DNA from: Candidatus Latescibacterota bacterium
Lineage (GTDB): Bacteria; Latescibacterota; UBA2968; UBA8231
Direction of reading: 5' to 3'
Length of the DNA: 64,000 nucleotides
NCBI GenBank assembly: GCA_965200315.1
Contig: OZ241362.1
Coordinates: 4,640,001 to 4,704,000 of the forward strand
The translations under genes were made by a program, and so were the position numbers. The notes beneath the pieces were generated by a model, which saw only the letters and a program-made list of their open reading frames with translations, did no database searches and was not told the origin of the DNA. Positions 8,309 to 18,976 of this stretch are shown here, piece after piece. The stretch's first letter is position 1, and every line of letters starts with the position of its first letter.

Positions 8309-10503
8309 TCTCCCTGCTGAAACGCGTACTCACAGCCCGGCACCGCATCGCCTTCCATCTCTACCTCAGCATCGGCACGGCCGTGGTCCTCACCATGACC
8401 GCGAGCTTAGTGGCTTGGTTTTCCTTCGACCAGGTCGGCGATGCCCAAAGACAGGTAAACGAGCGGGCTGTCCCGGAGATAGCCACCGCTTTTGCGGTCG
8501 CTCAGCAAAGCGGTACCCTCGCAGCAGCAGCTCCGCGTCTAGCAGCGGCCGAGACGCCGATGGCCTTTGCCGAGGTCGCCGCCAAAGTCGCCTCCGAACG
8601 GGACGACTTTAAGAAGCAATTGGCAGCCCTGACCAAGCAGGGCGCAGCCGAGGAACGCTTCGCGCGGATTCGCGCCCACGGCGACACCCTCATTGCCAAT
8701 ATCAATGCGATTGAGGCTTCGGTGGCCAGGCGCTTTGGTCTCAATGCGCGCCGCCGCGGGTTGCAAAAAAACCTAGAATCACTGCAAAACGATCTGACCG
8801 GCATCTTGATTCCGGCTATCGACGATCAGCTATTCTACGCAATGACCGGCTACCGCACCCTCGACGAACCGCCCGCACCCCGCGTTCAGCACCTTTCAGA
8901 GGCCGAACTTTCTCGCTATCGCGATCTGGCCGAGTTGCAGGAAGGGGTCACTACGGCCACGCGGCTGCTGGCCAGCACCTTTAATCTGTCGGACGCGCGC
9001 CTGCTAGAGCCTTTACAGGAGCGTTTCGACTCCACAGTCGGGGGCATTGAGCGGAAACTCTCCGCACTGGGCGAAGGCCCCTTGCGCAGTGAACTCAGCC
9101 AAGCCTTTAACCTCCTGTTCGACTTGGGCCGCGGGGACTTGAAAATTTTCGCTCTGCGCTCCTTAGAACTCCAAGTCGTTGAACAACAGCGAACACTGCT
9201 CGACCGCAACCGCGATTTGTCCATTGAGCTAGTCGCCGAGGTCGAGGGGCTAGTGAACACGGCCCGCGGGAGCGCACAGGAGGCCACGCAAACTTCTAGC
9301 CAAGCCATCTTCACTGGCCGCAAGCTCCTGCTCGCGATTAACGCGGTCGGCATAGCCGGAGCGATCTTGATCGCTTGGCTGTTCGTCGGCCGAATGCTAC
9401 TGCGCCGTCTCGAATTTCTGTCGAACCGAATGCGTCTCATGGCCGGAGGCGACCTAGAGGCAAAGATCGAGATGCCCGGGCGCGACGAGGTTGCCGACAT
9501 GGCTGTGGCCCTCGAAATTTTTCGCCGCAACTCTTTGGAGGCTCAGCGGCTCAACTTGGTGGAAAAGCTGGCCGCCGACTTAGAAGAGAAAAATGCCACG
9601 CTCGAAAAGGTGCTCGCCGATCTACAGCAGGCACAGGATCAGATCGTCATGCGCGAAAAACTAGCCGCACTGGGCGAACTCACCGCGGGCGTGGCACACG
9701 AAATCCAGAATCCCTTGAACTTTGTGAAGAACTTCGCGGAAGCCTCAGAGGAACTGTTAGAGGAATTGCAAGAGGTACTACAAGAGGTACTAGAGGAAGA
9801 AGGCCTACAGATAAACGAAGAGCAGCGCGAGCTAATCAACGAGATCAAGGGCGACTTGACCGACAATCTCGGGCGCATCGGCCAACATGGTGCTCGCGCC
9901 AATCGCATTGTCCGCGACATGCTACAGATGGGTCGCGGGTCGGGCGAGGTACGGGCCACGGATATCAACGCCCTGCTCGAAGAACACGCCCGGCTCGCTT
10001 TCCACAGCGCCCGAGCGACCAATTCGGATTTTCAGCTCGACATCAAGGAGGATTTAGACGAGGAGATGGGGGAATTAGAGGTGGTCCCCCAGAACTTGGC
10101 CCGCGTCTTTCTGAACATGGTAAGCAATGCCTGCTACGCCACCAACGAGAAGCGGCAGGCTTCAGAGACAGCACCCGACTACGTTCCCACGCTCTGGATC
10201 AACACCCAGCGAATGCCTGACCGTGCCGCAATCTGCATCCGCGACAATGGAAACGGGATTCCACCGGATGTCGTCGATAAGATATTCAACCCGTTTTTTA
10301 CGACTAAGCCGACCGATCAGGGAACCGGGCTTGGGCTCGCGCTGTCCAACGACATCGTACGCGAACACGGGGGCATCATAAAGGTCCACTCCGAGCCTGG
10401 AGAATTTACCGAGATGACCATCGAACTGCCCACGGCAAAATCGGAATCCCTGCAATCAGACCCAGCCGATTCGGACGCGATCACAACGCCCGCTTCAGTT
10501 TAA
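8305..10503 (+). CDS. Membrane sensor histidine kinase (large helical periplasmic domain, HAMP, HisKA, HATPase)
   Basis: Two TM segments, HAMP (RDEVADM), H-box AHEIQNPL, N-box, DNGNG, FFTTK, GTGLGL. Confidence 0.92.
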   Translation: MISLLKRVLTARHRIAFHLYLSIGTAVVLTMTASLVAWFSFDQVGDAQRQVNERAVPEIATAFAVAQQSGTLAAAAPRLAAAETPMAFAEVAAKVASERDDFKKQLAALTKQGAAEERFARIRAHGDTLIANINAIEASVARRFGLNARRRGLQKNLESLQNDLTGILIPAIDDQLFYAMTGYRTLDEPPAPRVQHLSEAELSRYRDLAELQEGVTTATRLLASTFNLSDARLLEPLQERFDSTVGGIERKLSALGEGPLRSELSQAFNLLFDLGRGDLKIFALRSLELQVVEQQRTLLDRNRDLSIELVAEVEGLVNTARGSAQEATQTSSQAIFTGRKLLLAINAVGIAGAILIAWLFVGRMLLRRLEFLSNRMRLMAGGDLEAKIEMPGRDEVADMAVALEIFRRNSLEAQRLNLVEKLAADLEEKNATLEKVLADLQQAQDQIVMREKLAALGELTAGVAHEIQNPLNFVKNFAEASEELLEELQEVLQEVLEEEGLQINEEQRELINEIKGDLTDNLGRIGQHGARANRIVRDMLQMGRGSGEVRATDINALLEEHARLAFHSARATNSDFQLDIKEDLDEEMGELEVVPQNLARVFLNMVSNACYATNEKRQASETAPDYVPTLWINTQRMPDRAAICIRDNGNGIPPDVVDKIFNPFFTTKPTDQGTGLGLALSNDIVREHGGIIKVHSEPGEFTEMTIELPTAKSESLQSDPADSDAITTPASV

Positions 10504-10833
10504 TTACGACAGCGCGGCGAGTGCCTCTTCTTCGGAGGCGTGGAGCGCGATGATCTTGTCAAAACCGCTGATTTCAAAAATTTCCCGTATCGGCTCTGAA
10601 AGCGAGCATAGCGCGAACTGGGCACTGCGCTGCTGGAGCGTTTTGGCAACCAGCAGGAATGTCCGCAGGCCCGCACTGCTGATGTAGTTGATGTCCGCCA
10701 AATTGACGAGCACCGCGCTGTTGTCCGTGCCGATCGCCTCACTTAAGGCTTCGTGGAAGTTGCGGGCATTGACCCCGTCGATGCGGCCTTCGGGTTTGGC
10801 AATTAATACGCCATCCTTCTGTTCGGTGTTCAC
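10504..10833 (-). CDS. STAS-domain anti-sigma factor antagonist (RsbV-like)
   Basis: EGRID, YISSAGLR phosphorylation motif, FEISGF. Confidence 0.92.
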   Translation of the reverse strand: MNTEQKDGVLIAKPEGRIDGVNARNFHEALSEAIGTDNSAVLVNLADINYISSAGLRTFLLVAKTLQQRSAQFALCSLSEPIREIFEISGFDKIIALHASEEEALAALS

Positions 10834-10878
10834 TTGATCGCCTACCTTTCTAAATGGTATGCACCGGTTGGTGGCCGG

Positions 10879-12258
10879 TTATGAGTTGTTCTGAATTTGA
10901 TCAACGTCATCTTGATCGGGCATGAGTACAAACTCGGGATACGCCTCGATTCCGAGCTCTGCGGTATCCTGGCCGAGCTCTTCAACAGTCTGCGACACCC
11001 GCACCCCCATTGTTTTGCTCAGAGCAAACCACGCGAGCCACGAAGTCGCAAACGCGAACGCGCCCACCGCCAACACCCCGATGAGCTGAACGCCAAAGTT
11101 GCCATCGGCTGCAATGCAGACCGCTAAGGTCCCCCAAACGCCGGCGAATAAGTGGGCCGGAATCGCCCCTACAACATCGTCTAATTTGGCAACCTCCAAC
11201 AACCTCATCGCGCCGACGCACAACGCGCCGCCTATAGCACCAATTACGAGCGACCAATGGTGATCGACGATATCTGGCCCAGCTGTAATGGAGACGAGGC
11301 CGGCGAGCGCACCGTTGAGGACGGCGAGCAGATCGATGCGTCCTAAGATCGGTCGCGATACGATGAGAGCAGCTATGACGCCGGCTGCTGCCGCAAGGTT
11401 GGTATTCACGAGCACATTGCTCATGGCGACGGCATCGGCCGCGCTCGACAGCGCGAGCTGCGAGCCGCCGTTGAAGCCGAACCACCCAAGCCACAAAATG
11501 AAGACGCCCAAGGTCACGGCGGGGATGTTGGAAGGCGACGTGGCCTTGACGCTGCCGTCGGCGCGAAATTTCCCGTACCGCGCCCCGACGACGAGTGCCC
11601 CGGCGAGCGCAGCCCAACCTCCGGTCGAATGCACGATAGTAGAGCCAGCGAAATCCTTAAACCCCATTTCACTCAGCCAGCCGCCACCCCAAGTCCAAGC
11701 CCCGACAATGGGATAGATGATTATGGTCAACACGACCGTAAAAGCGAGAAACGCCCACAACTTCACCCGCTCGGCCAGCGTGCCCGATACAATAGAAGCG
11801 GTTGTCGCCACAAAGACCATCTGGAAAAACCAATCCGACATAGTGGCATAACCGGCCTTTGTAACTTCGGCCGCGGCCTGACCGGACAACAGCTTGAGCT
11901 CATCGTCCGAAGACCCGTATAAAAACTTGAGTGTGCCAATCCAGCCTTCCTGCACATCGACGTACATGAGGTTGTACCCAACCAAGTAGTACGTGAGCCC
12001 GGCAATCGAATAAAGCCCGATGTTCTTGAGGCAGATCATGGAGGCGTTCTTGGTGCGCACGGACCCGGCTTCGAGCATGGTAAAGCCCGCGCACATCCAC
12101 ATTATGAGTACGCCCCAAACGAGAAACGAGAAGGTATTGAGAATGAATTGCAATTCTTCACCGCTCGCGGCATAAGCCCGGGTCGCCCCCATTAGGAGGC
12201 CGCAGGCCACAATAAGTCCGCCCACCCGCAAGGCCCTGCCACTCGATTTTCTAATCAT
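10879..12258 (-). CDS. amt: Ammonium transporter
   Basis: DFAGSTIVH, WFGFNGGS, LDDVVGAIPAH; twin His and Phe gate retained. Confidence 0.95.
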   Translation of the reverse strand: MIRKSSGRALRVGGLIVACGLLMGATRAYAASGEELQFILNTFSFLVWGVLIMWMCAGFTMLEAGSVRTKNASMICLKNIGLYSIAGLTYYLVGYNLMYVDVQEGWIGTLKFLYGSSDDELKLLSGQAAAEVTKAGYATMSDWFFQMVFVATTASIVSGTLAERVKLWAFLAFTVVLTIIIYPIVGAWTWGGGWLSEMGFKDFAGSTIVHSTGGWAALAGALVVGARYGKFRADGSVKATSPSNIPAVTLGVFILWLGWFGFNGGSQLALSSAADAVAMSNVLVNTNLAAAAGVIAALIVSRPILGRIDLLAVLNGALAGLVSITAGPDIVDHHWSLVIGAIGGALCVGAMRLLEVAKLDDVVGAIPAHLFAGVWGTLAVCIAADGNFGVQLIGVLAVGAFAFATSWLAWFALSKTMGVRVSQTVEELGQDTAELGIEAYPEFVLMPDQDDVDQIQNNS

Positions 12259-12494
12259 AGCGATTTCCCTCCTGTGATCGAGTAGAGCCTACTCTAACAA
12301 TTTTATATATAATAGCCAATCGCCAATCCTCTCGCAATCACCAAATCGCTTTTCCAAACATCCAAACGACAGGGCTTGAATATCACTGATTTCTGCAAAA
12401 ACAAAACGACAAAATGCTTTCGGGATGTTAAAAATGTGTTGAATATCGCTGCGATTAGTAGCCCTTGAAGTTGGCGAGGCGGCGAGCTTGAGAA

Positions 12495-14240
12495 TCAAGC
12501 CTCGTCTCCCGCAGGGGTCGCACGCTCCGCGACCCGCACGATCGCGTCCAGTTTTTTGCTAATCTCGGGATCAATCTCGCTATCGGGAACGTATTCAGCC
12601 AACTCGTAGAAATTTTTCTTGGCCATCAGGTTGGGTAGGCCCAGCTTCCCGAAGTAGGACTCAAAGAGCGGGACTAGAAAATCATCGCTGGCCTTGATGT
12701 CAGCACTCCAAGGAGATCCCTTGCCAAGCGTCTTTAGGGCCGACTCTACTTCCTCAATGGCTTGGCTCATCACATCCTGACGCTTTTCTACTTCGGCTGC
12801 CGCGAACAGTGGTCCCGATGCAGCCTCCTCCGACACCAATGCCGACGCGTACTTTTTGAGTGTGGCCCGCGAGCAGATGTAGTTTTCTATCTCCCGGCGT
12901 TTCCAGCTCAGGCGCTCGACCGGGGAAATATCGAGAGGCTCTAATTCGAGGCGATCAAAAAGGGCAACTCCACCAAGTGTGGGGAGTGCTTCTCGCAGGC
13001 CGTGGTAGTGGTTCTGAACCGCCGATGCTTGGTTCCCCACATATTTCACAAACGGCCGCTCAAGCACCTGAAGCGCACGATCATGCCCCAGTCGTCTAGC
13101 AAAAGCTTGCATTATCGCAAGGTCCGTTGAACCCTCTAGGTAGAGTACCCATCCAGTCTGTTTCGCCTGATAGTACTGGTCAAACCCTATCTCTCTGAGT
13201 GCTTTCAAGACCTGACTGCCGCGGTCGTTGATGCGGTGTGGCTGGCCGACGAAGGCGACGACTAAGTCCCGGTCCGCAGCTTCGTTGAGTAGCACTTCAG
13301 AGTGACTGGCGGCGATAATCTGGCTGTCGCTTGCTCGCGCCACATCGGTGAGCAGACGGTAGATCTGGCGCTGGCGAAGAATCTCTAGGTGCGCGTCAGG
13401 CTCGTCGAGGAGCAAGACGGCACCGGGGTTCGCGTACATATATGCTAGGAGGAGTAGCGTCTGTTGCAGGCCGCGCCCGGCGGACGACAAATCGAGTTCA
13501 GCACCCTGCTCGCGATAGGTCATTGCGAGCTCGCCGCGTTCGGCAATGTAGCGCGGCGGACGGAGTTGCGACCCGAACAGGTTCTCAATCTGCTCGACGA
13601 GTTCGTTCCACTTCGTTTTGTCTTCGTCGTAAATTCGGAAGCAGAGGTTGCGCAACACTTCGGCGGTACGGCCCTCGCCGATTCGGACATTCACGGCACC
13701 GTCATCGAGACGTGTTTCCGTAGCTGCAAGCCCCGACATAGGCGGTAGGAAGGCGATCTGGACGCTTCCCGCTTCGTCCGGCACCGGCATGCGGTCGGGG
13801 GTTTTGCCGTCCGATCGGCGAAGCGGCCGGCAGTAGAAAGACTCGTCGTTGGCATAGTCGAACTCCAGGCCACACGTCCAGCTTTGGTCATTGGTCACGC
13901 CCTCGACGATGATGTCGATGCGAATGTTGCTGGTGCGCTGCTGGCTGTTGACTCTGCGGACGTCTCGCACGTGCAGCCCGCGCCACAGGAGGTTTGCGTC
14001 TGGAATCGGAATGGCTATGAGGTCGCGGCGGTTGATGGTCACGCCGGGACGCTTCTCGGGTGTACTCTTCCCGGACCGCTTCTCTTTCCAGCGCTTGAGA
14101 CCGATGTACCATAAGGAGAGCGCCTGCATGGCCGAAGTCTTCCCGGAGTTGTTGGGGCCGATGAAGACCACCGGACTCCCGAGTTCGATAGCGACCTCGT
14201 CGAAGCGTTTGAAGTTGCGGGTGGTGAGTTTGGTCAGCAT
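12495..14240 (-). CDS. ABC-type ATPase with TOPRIM-like C-terminal domain (OLD-family-like nuclease)
   Basis: Walker A GPNNSGKT, LSSAGRG, Walker B LLLDEPD, ASHS, then LYLEGSTD and REIENY. Confidence 0.75.
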   Translation of the reverse strand: MLTKLTTRNFKRFDEVAIELGSPVVFIGPNNSGKTSAMQALSLWYIGLKRWKEKRSGKSTPEKRPGVTINRRDLIAIPIPDANLLWRGLHVRDVRRVNSQQRTSNIRIDIIVEGVTNDQSWTCGLEFDYANDESFYCRPLRRSDGKTPDRMPVPDEAGSVQIAFLPPMSGLAATETRLDDGAVNVRIGEGRTAEVLRNLCFRIYDEDKTKWNELVEQIENLFGSQLRPPRYIAERGELAMTYREQGAELDLSSAGRGLQQTLLLLAYMYANPGAVLLLDEPDAHLEILRQRQIYRLLTDVARASDSQIIAASHSEVLLNEAADRDLVVAFVGQPHRINDRGSQVLKALREIGFDQYYQAKQTGWVLYLEGSTDLAIMQAFARRLGHDRALQVLERPFVKYVGNQASAVQNHYHGLREALPTLGGVALFDRLELEPLDISPVERLSWKRREIENYICSRATLKKYASALVSEEAASGPLFAAAEVEKRQDVMSQAIEEVESALKTLGKGSPWSADIKASDDFLVPLFESYFGKLGLPNLMAKKNFYELAEYVPDSEIDPEISKKLDAIVRVAERATPAGDEA

Positions 14241-14384
14241 CTGTCAGAAGCTAAGCTGCGATCTCGCACTTGGCTTGCAGCACTTGGCGGATCAACTCCG
14301 CCGGGGCACCTCGTCGGAGCTACTACTCGACCAATGCGCGCCTTGTAGCCAACGGCCTAGCAGGCATGGAGCCATAGGGCAGGG

Positions 14385-15182
14385 CTACACCCGACCGTCG
14401 AATTCGCGTCCCCTAATCAACAGAAAGCGAAATTCGCCGCGCGGCTTTTCGCACTCGGTCATCAGGCGGTGTGCCTCGCTTGCAGCACCGAGGTACATGG
14501 TCTCCGAGCGGAGGTAGTGCAGGGCTAGGCCGCGCCGCCGCTTGGGGGTGGGATTGGCACCTGTGCGGTGGAAGTTGAGGCCGTGGTGGAACAAGCAGGA
14601 GCCGGCCGGCAATTCCACGGGCACGGGCTCGGGGAGCAGGGGATTTTCCAAAAAACGGGCTTTGTGCGCCGGATTGATAGGCCCCCATTTGTGGCTGCCC
14701 GGCAGTACGGTCATGCAGCCGTTTTCCACGGTGGCGTCGTCGAGGGCGACCCAGCAGGAGACGTGGTCTTGCGGAGCAAACTGCGGCCACGCCACGGAAT
14801 CCTGGTGCCAGTCGGTGACCGTACCGTGATAGCGGGCTTTCATCATCAACTGGTCGCAGTAGAGTTTGATGTTGGGACCGAGCAAATCCTCAATGACATC
14901 GACGATCTCCGCCTTGCGGGCCACGGCCTCAAACAGGGGATCAAAATAGCATAGGTGAGTCATTTTGCGCACCTGATCGAGGCGGTCCACCTCAGCGTCC
15001 TCTTCCTCGCGGAAGGCGGCTTCCAACTGGACGTAGCGCGGCGGCACGTGGTCGGCTTGGCCCCGGGCGATCGCCTCGCTGCGCTGGCGCAGGGCCTGCA
15101 ATTCGTCGTCGGAGAGGAGCCGGTGATAAGGCAGGTAGCCCTGTTCATCAAAGTGGATTTTTTGCGCTTGTGTTAAGGCCAT
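14385..15182 (-). CDS. Phytanoyl-CoA dioxygenase (PhyH) family Fe/2OG oxygenase
   Basis: WHQD, WVALDD, NGCM, H..GAN, RR. Start moved to MALTQ. Confidence 0.9.
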   Translation of the reverse strand: MALTQAQKIHFDEQGYLPYHRLLSDDELQALRQRSEAIARGQADHVPPRYVQLEAAFREEEDAEVDRLDQVRKMTHLCYFDPLFEAVARKAEIVDVIEDLLGPNIKLYCDQLMMKARYHGTVTDWHQDSVAWPQFAPQDHVSCWVALDDATVENGCMTVLPGSHKWGPINPAHKARFLENPLLPEPVPVELPAGSCLFHHGLNFHRTGANPTPKRRRGLALHYLRSETMYLGAASEAHRLMTECEKPRGEFRFLLIRGREFDGRV

Positions 15183-15198
15183 GAATCGAACCGCCGGG

Positions 15199-15882
15199 CT
15201 AGCCCGCCATCTCAGCGCGAATTTCCCGAATCCAGCCGACGCTCTGGCGCACCTTGGCCTCCAAACCATCCCAGTCTTTGGCGGCGACGAGCTCCTTGGT
15301 AATCAGCTTGGAGCCAGCGCCGACGGCAGCAACACCTGCTGTAAACCACGCCTCCAAGCTCTCGCGGGTGGCATCGACGCCGCCGGTGGGCATGATGCGA
15401 GTCCAAGGACAGGGGCCGAGCACGGATTTGACGAAAGCCGGACCGCCGACTTCGCTGCCGGGGAACACCTTGACGATCTCGACGCCTAGCTCCTCGGCTT
15501 GGCCTATTTCGCTGACCGAGCCGCAGCCGGGCGAATAGGCAATTTTGCGGCGATTGCACAGGCGGGCGACCTCCTCGTTGAGCAAGGGGCCGACGACGAA
15601 GTTCGCGCCGTTGGCAATATAGAGGGCCGCGGTGGGCGCGTCGCAGATCGAGCCAACGCCCATGATGATGTCGATTTTTTGGGCCATTACATGGCGCACC
15701 ACTTCTGTGAAGACGTGGTAGGCCAAATCGCCGCGATTGGTAAATTCAGCGCAGCGAGCACCCCCTCGGGCGCAGGCTTCGACGATGTGGATGGTGGTTT
15801 CTGGGGCTGCGTTGTAAAAGACTGGGACGATACCCGTGTCGTAGATGGCGTTGAGAACGGCCATCCGGTCGTACTGAGCCAT
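15199..15882 (-). CDS. eda: KDPG/KHG aldolase
   Basis: EFTNR, GVGSI, GANFVVGP, VKVFPG, IMPTGGV. Confidence 0.9.
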   Translation of the reverse strand: MAQYDRMAVLNAIYDTGIVPVFYNAAPETTIHIVEACARGGARCAEFTNRGDLAYHVFTEVVRHVMAQKIDIIMGVGSICDAPTAALYIANGANFVVGPLLNEEVARLCNRRKIAYSPGCGSVSEIGQAEELGVEIVKVFPGSEVGGPAFVKSVLGPCPWTRIMPTGGVDATRESLEAWFTAGVAAVGAGSKLITKELVAAKDWDGLEAKVRQSVGWIREIRAEMAG

Positions 15883-15893
15883 TGTGTCTCCTT

Positions 15894-15955
15894 ATGTGCG
15901 GCTGACTGTGTAATTATCGGGAAAATGTGCGGCTGACTGTGTAATTATCGGGAAA
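15894..15955. repeat. Perfect 31-bp tandem duplication
   Basis: ATGTGCGGCTGACTGTGTAATTATCGGGAAA at 15894-15924 and 15925-15955. Confidence 0.95.
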
Positions 15956-16706
15956 CGGAGGCAAAGGGCACGTGCTGCTCGGGAAAATTGCAGTAGCGAT
16001 CCTCGCCGCGCACCAAGACGGTCGGATACTTGTTGCCCAGCGAGTTGAGCTCGACCTGCTCGACGTGCGGGCTCACGTAGCGCAGCGTCAGACCGCAACG
16101 GCGGCGGTTGGAGATATTGGGATTGCTGGCGTGGAATATCTGGCCGTCGTGGATGGATATCTGACCCGGCGCGAGCACTAGATCGACGGCGTGGCTGTCA
16201 TCGACGAGTTCGTCGGGAATCTCCTGATTAATGCTGAGCAAATTGCCGGCTTTGGCCGACTCGCCGTGGGTGGCAATGCCGTTTGTGTGCGAGCCGGGGA
16301 TGACCCGCATGCAGCCGTTTTCTACATCGCTGACATCCACAGCCACCCAAGCAGTGTGGGCCTCGGGCGGTTCTAAGCCCCAGTAGGTGACGTCTTGGTG
16401 CCAAGCCACAAAGTGCTTGGCCTCCGGGTCGGGATACTTGCAGAAAAAGTGGGTCGAGAGCAGCATAATATCCTCGCCCATGACCTCCTGCATGGCGTCG
16501 AGGATGCGCGGGTTTGTGGCCATCTGCCAGATGAATTCTTCGTCGAGATGGCGGGCTTGCAGGCCGATCTGACACTTTTCGCGGCCCTCGCGGGCTTCCA
16601 ATTCGTCGAAGCAGGCGCGGAAGTAATCGATCTCGCTGGCGCTGAACAAGTCGATGCCCGTGAGAAAGCCTTGCTCGGCATACGTCTGGGCGGCGTCTTG
16701 GGTCAT
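15945..16706 (-). CDS. Phytanoyl-CoA dioxygenase (PhyH) family protein
   Basis: WHQDVTYW, ENGCMRVIPGSH, FHAS..N, RRCG. Start moved to MTQDAA. Confidence 0.9.
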   Translation of the reverse strand: MTQDAAQTYAEQGFLTGIDLFSASEIDYFRACFDELEAREGREKCQIGLQARHLDEEFIWQMATNPRILDAMQEVMGEDIMLLSTHFFCKYPDPEAKHFVAWHQDVTYWGLEPPEAHTAWVAVDVSDVENGCMRVIPGSHTNGIATHGESAKAGNLLSINQEIPDELVDDSHAVDLVLAPGQISIHDGQIFHASNPNISNRRRCGLTLRYVSPHVEQVELNSLGNKYPTVLVRGEDRYCNFPEQHVPFASVSR

Positions 16707-16812
16707 GGTGGCTCCGTTTTTGTAGGGCTGCGGCTGCGTGTATATATTGCACAAATCCCTCGTGCGAAACAAGGCTCGGTTCGCCGCATCAACACATCTG
16801 AGGAAGGCCGCA

Positions 16813-18045
16813 ATGGGTAGTGTGCAGATCAACGAGGACCTGCTAGCGGATAGTGCCTATTTTGCCGCAGCAAATCGGCGGGCAGCGCTAGCAGAAATGT
16901 TCAATTTCCGCGACCGGCGGGTCGTATTCGGGGCAGGTGCCCTGTCGCGGCTAGCCGATGAGTGCGTCCGCCTCGGCGCGGGCCGGGTGTTGTTAATCCA
17001 CGATCCGGGCATTGCCCTTCTCGTCGATTTAGTCCGCCAAGCCCTCGGCGACTTAGACGTGGTGAGCGCGTACAGCGAGATTGCGCCCAACCCCTCAGTG
17101 CAAAGCGTTGATGCCTGCGCGCACGCGCTGGCAGCAGCAGATTTCGACGTGGCCGTGGCCGTGGGCGGGGGCAGCACCATGGACACGGCCAAATCCGCAC
17201 TCTGCACGGCTGCAAATGGCGGCTCGGTGGCCGATTACTTTGGCTTCGACCTATACGAAAAACCGTCGCTGGCCCCGCTCGTCGGCATCCCGACGACAGC
17301 GGGCACGGGCAGCGAGGTCAGCCGGGTGGCGGTGATCGCCGACGCAACCGGCAAGAAGGCCGTGTACAGCAGCTATTTACAGCCCAAGGCCGCGTTGGTG
17401 GACCCGCGTTTGCACCAAGAGCTGCCGCCGGTATTGACCGCGATCACCGGCTTAGACGCCCTCGGGCACGCCCTCGAATGCACGGCTTCCACCAAGAGCA
17501 ATGCCATCGGCGACGCCGTAGCGCGAGCGGCCCTGACCGCGGGGTGCCCGGCATACGTGCAAGCCGTGGTCCGCGGTGATCCAGACGCGCGCTGTCAAAT
17601 GGCGCGCTGTGCCCTGTTGGCTGGACTGCTGTTGAGCCCCATCAACACCGGAGCCGGCCACGCGCTCGGCTACGGGATCGAAAAGGTCTCTTTTGAGCGC
17701 GGCGCACCCGTGCCGCACGGCGCGGCCGTGGCCCTCGTCTTGCCCGGAGTGATGCGGCACAACGCCCCGGTTGTGGCCGACAAATACTATTTTGCCGCGG
17801 GAGCCGCCGGCCTAGCGCTGGGCGGCAAGAGCCGCGAGGAGGGGGTCGAGCTAGCCGCGGCGTGGCTCGACGGGTTGCGGCGGCAGCACACACCCTACGG
17901 CTCGCTGAGCGCGGCCGGGATAAGCGCCGCCGACATTCCGCCGATGGTCGAAAGCGCCCTGAGCGTCCAGCGCTTGCTCGAACCCAATCCGGTCGCGGTG
18001 GAAGCGGACGACGCGGCCCGCATCTATCGGGACGCACTCAACTAA
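16813..18045 (+). CDS. Iron-containing alcohol dehydrogenase
   Basis: GGGSTMD, IPTTAGTGSE, DALGHALE, GH...PHG. Confidence 0.9.
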   Translation: MGSVQINEDLLADSAYFAAANRRAALAEMFNFRDRRVVFGAGALSRLADECVRLGAGRVLLIHDPGIALLVDLVRQALGDLDVVSAYSEIAPNPSVQSVDACAHALAAADFDVAVAVGGGSTMDTAKSALCTAANGGSVADYFGFDLYEKPSLAPLVGIPTTAGTGSEVSRVAVIADATGKKAVYSSYLQPKAALVDPRLHQELPPVLTAITGLDALGHALECTASTKSNAIGDAVARAALTAGCPAYVQAVVRGDPDARCQMARCALLAGLLLSPINTGAGHALGYGIEKVSFERGAPVPHGAAVALVLPGVMRHNAPVVADKYYFAAGAAGLALGGKSREEGVELAAAWLDGLRRQHTPYGSLSAAGISAADIPPMVESALSVQRLLEPNPVAVEADDAARIYRDALN

Positions 18046-18061
18046 AGCGAAAGGAAACGCG

Positions 18062-18535
18062 ATGGCGTTTGATCCTCAGCTTCAACGGCAAATTATGGGC
18101 CGCTTTGCCACCGGCGTCACCGTGGTAACCACTTCCTGCGACGGCCAGTTTTTGGGCATGACGGCCAATGCGGTCATGTCGCTGTCGCTATCGCCGCCGC
18201 TGGTGGTGGTCTCGGTTGACAAAAGCGCGTCCATGCACGGACTGTTGCAAAAAGCCGAGGGCTTTGCCATCAACATCCTCAAGCGAGAACAGGAGGACCT
18301 CTCCGTGCGCTTTGCCCAGCGCGGCCCCAAAGACTTTGCGGACCTGGCGACCAAAGTGGCCCAGACTGGCGCGCCGATTCTGGCCGACGCCTTGGCCTAT
18401 GTGGAATGCAAGCTAGTTGACATCGCGGCCGCGGGCGACCACGACATGTTCATCGGCGAATGTCTGACCGGCGAGGTAGGTAGCGGTGCGCCGCTGATCT
18501 TCTTCGGCGGACAATACGCCGAGTTGGCCGATTAG
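18062..18535 (+). CDS. Flavin reductase-like protein
   Basis: RFATGVTVVT, SLSPPL, GDH motifs. Confidence 0.92.
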   Translation: MAFDPQLQRQIMGRFATGVTVVTTSCDGQFLGMTANAVMSLSLSPPLVVVSVDKSASMHGLLQKAEGFAINILKREQEDLSVRFAQRGPKDFADLATKVAQTGAPILADALAYVECKLVDIAAAGDHDMFIGECLTGEVGSGAPLIFFGGQYAELAD

Positions 18536-18562
18536 ACTGACCCAAGGGAAAGGAATGCTACA

Positions 18563-18972
<410 letters not shown>

Positions 18973-18976
<4 letters not shown>

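Noticed and set aside
9769-9792. 12-bp in-frame duplication (CAAGAGGTACTA x2) in the histidine kinase
   Set aside because: Real, but a trivial coiled-coil slippage with no evident significance.
14241-14384. Possible gene remnant (DEVP/AELIRQVLQAK) upstream of the OLD-like gene
   Set aside because: Too short and ambiguous to assign.
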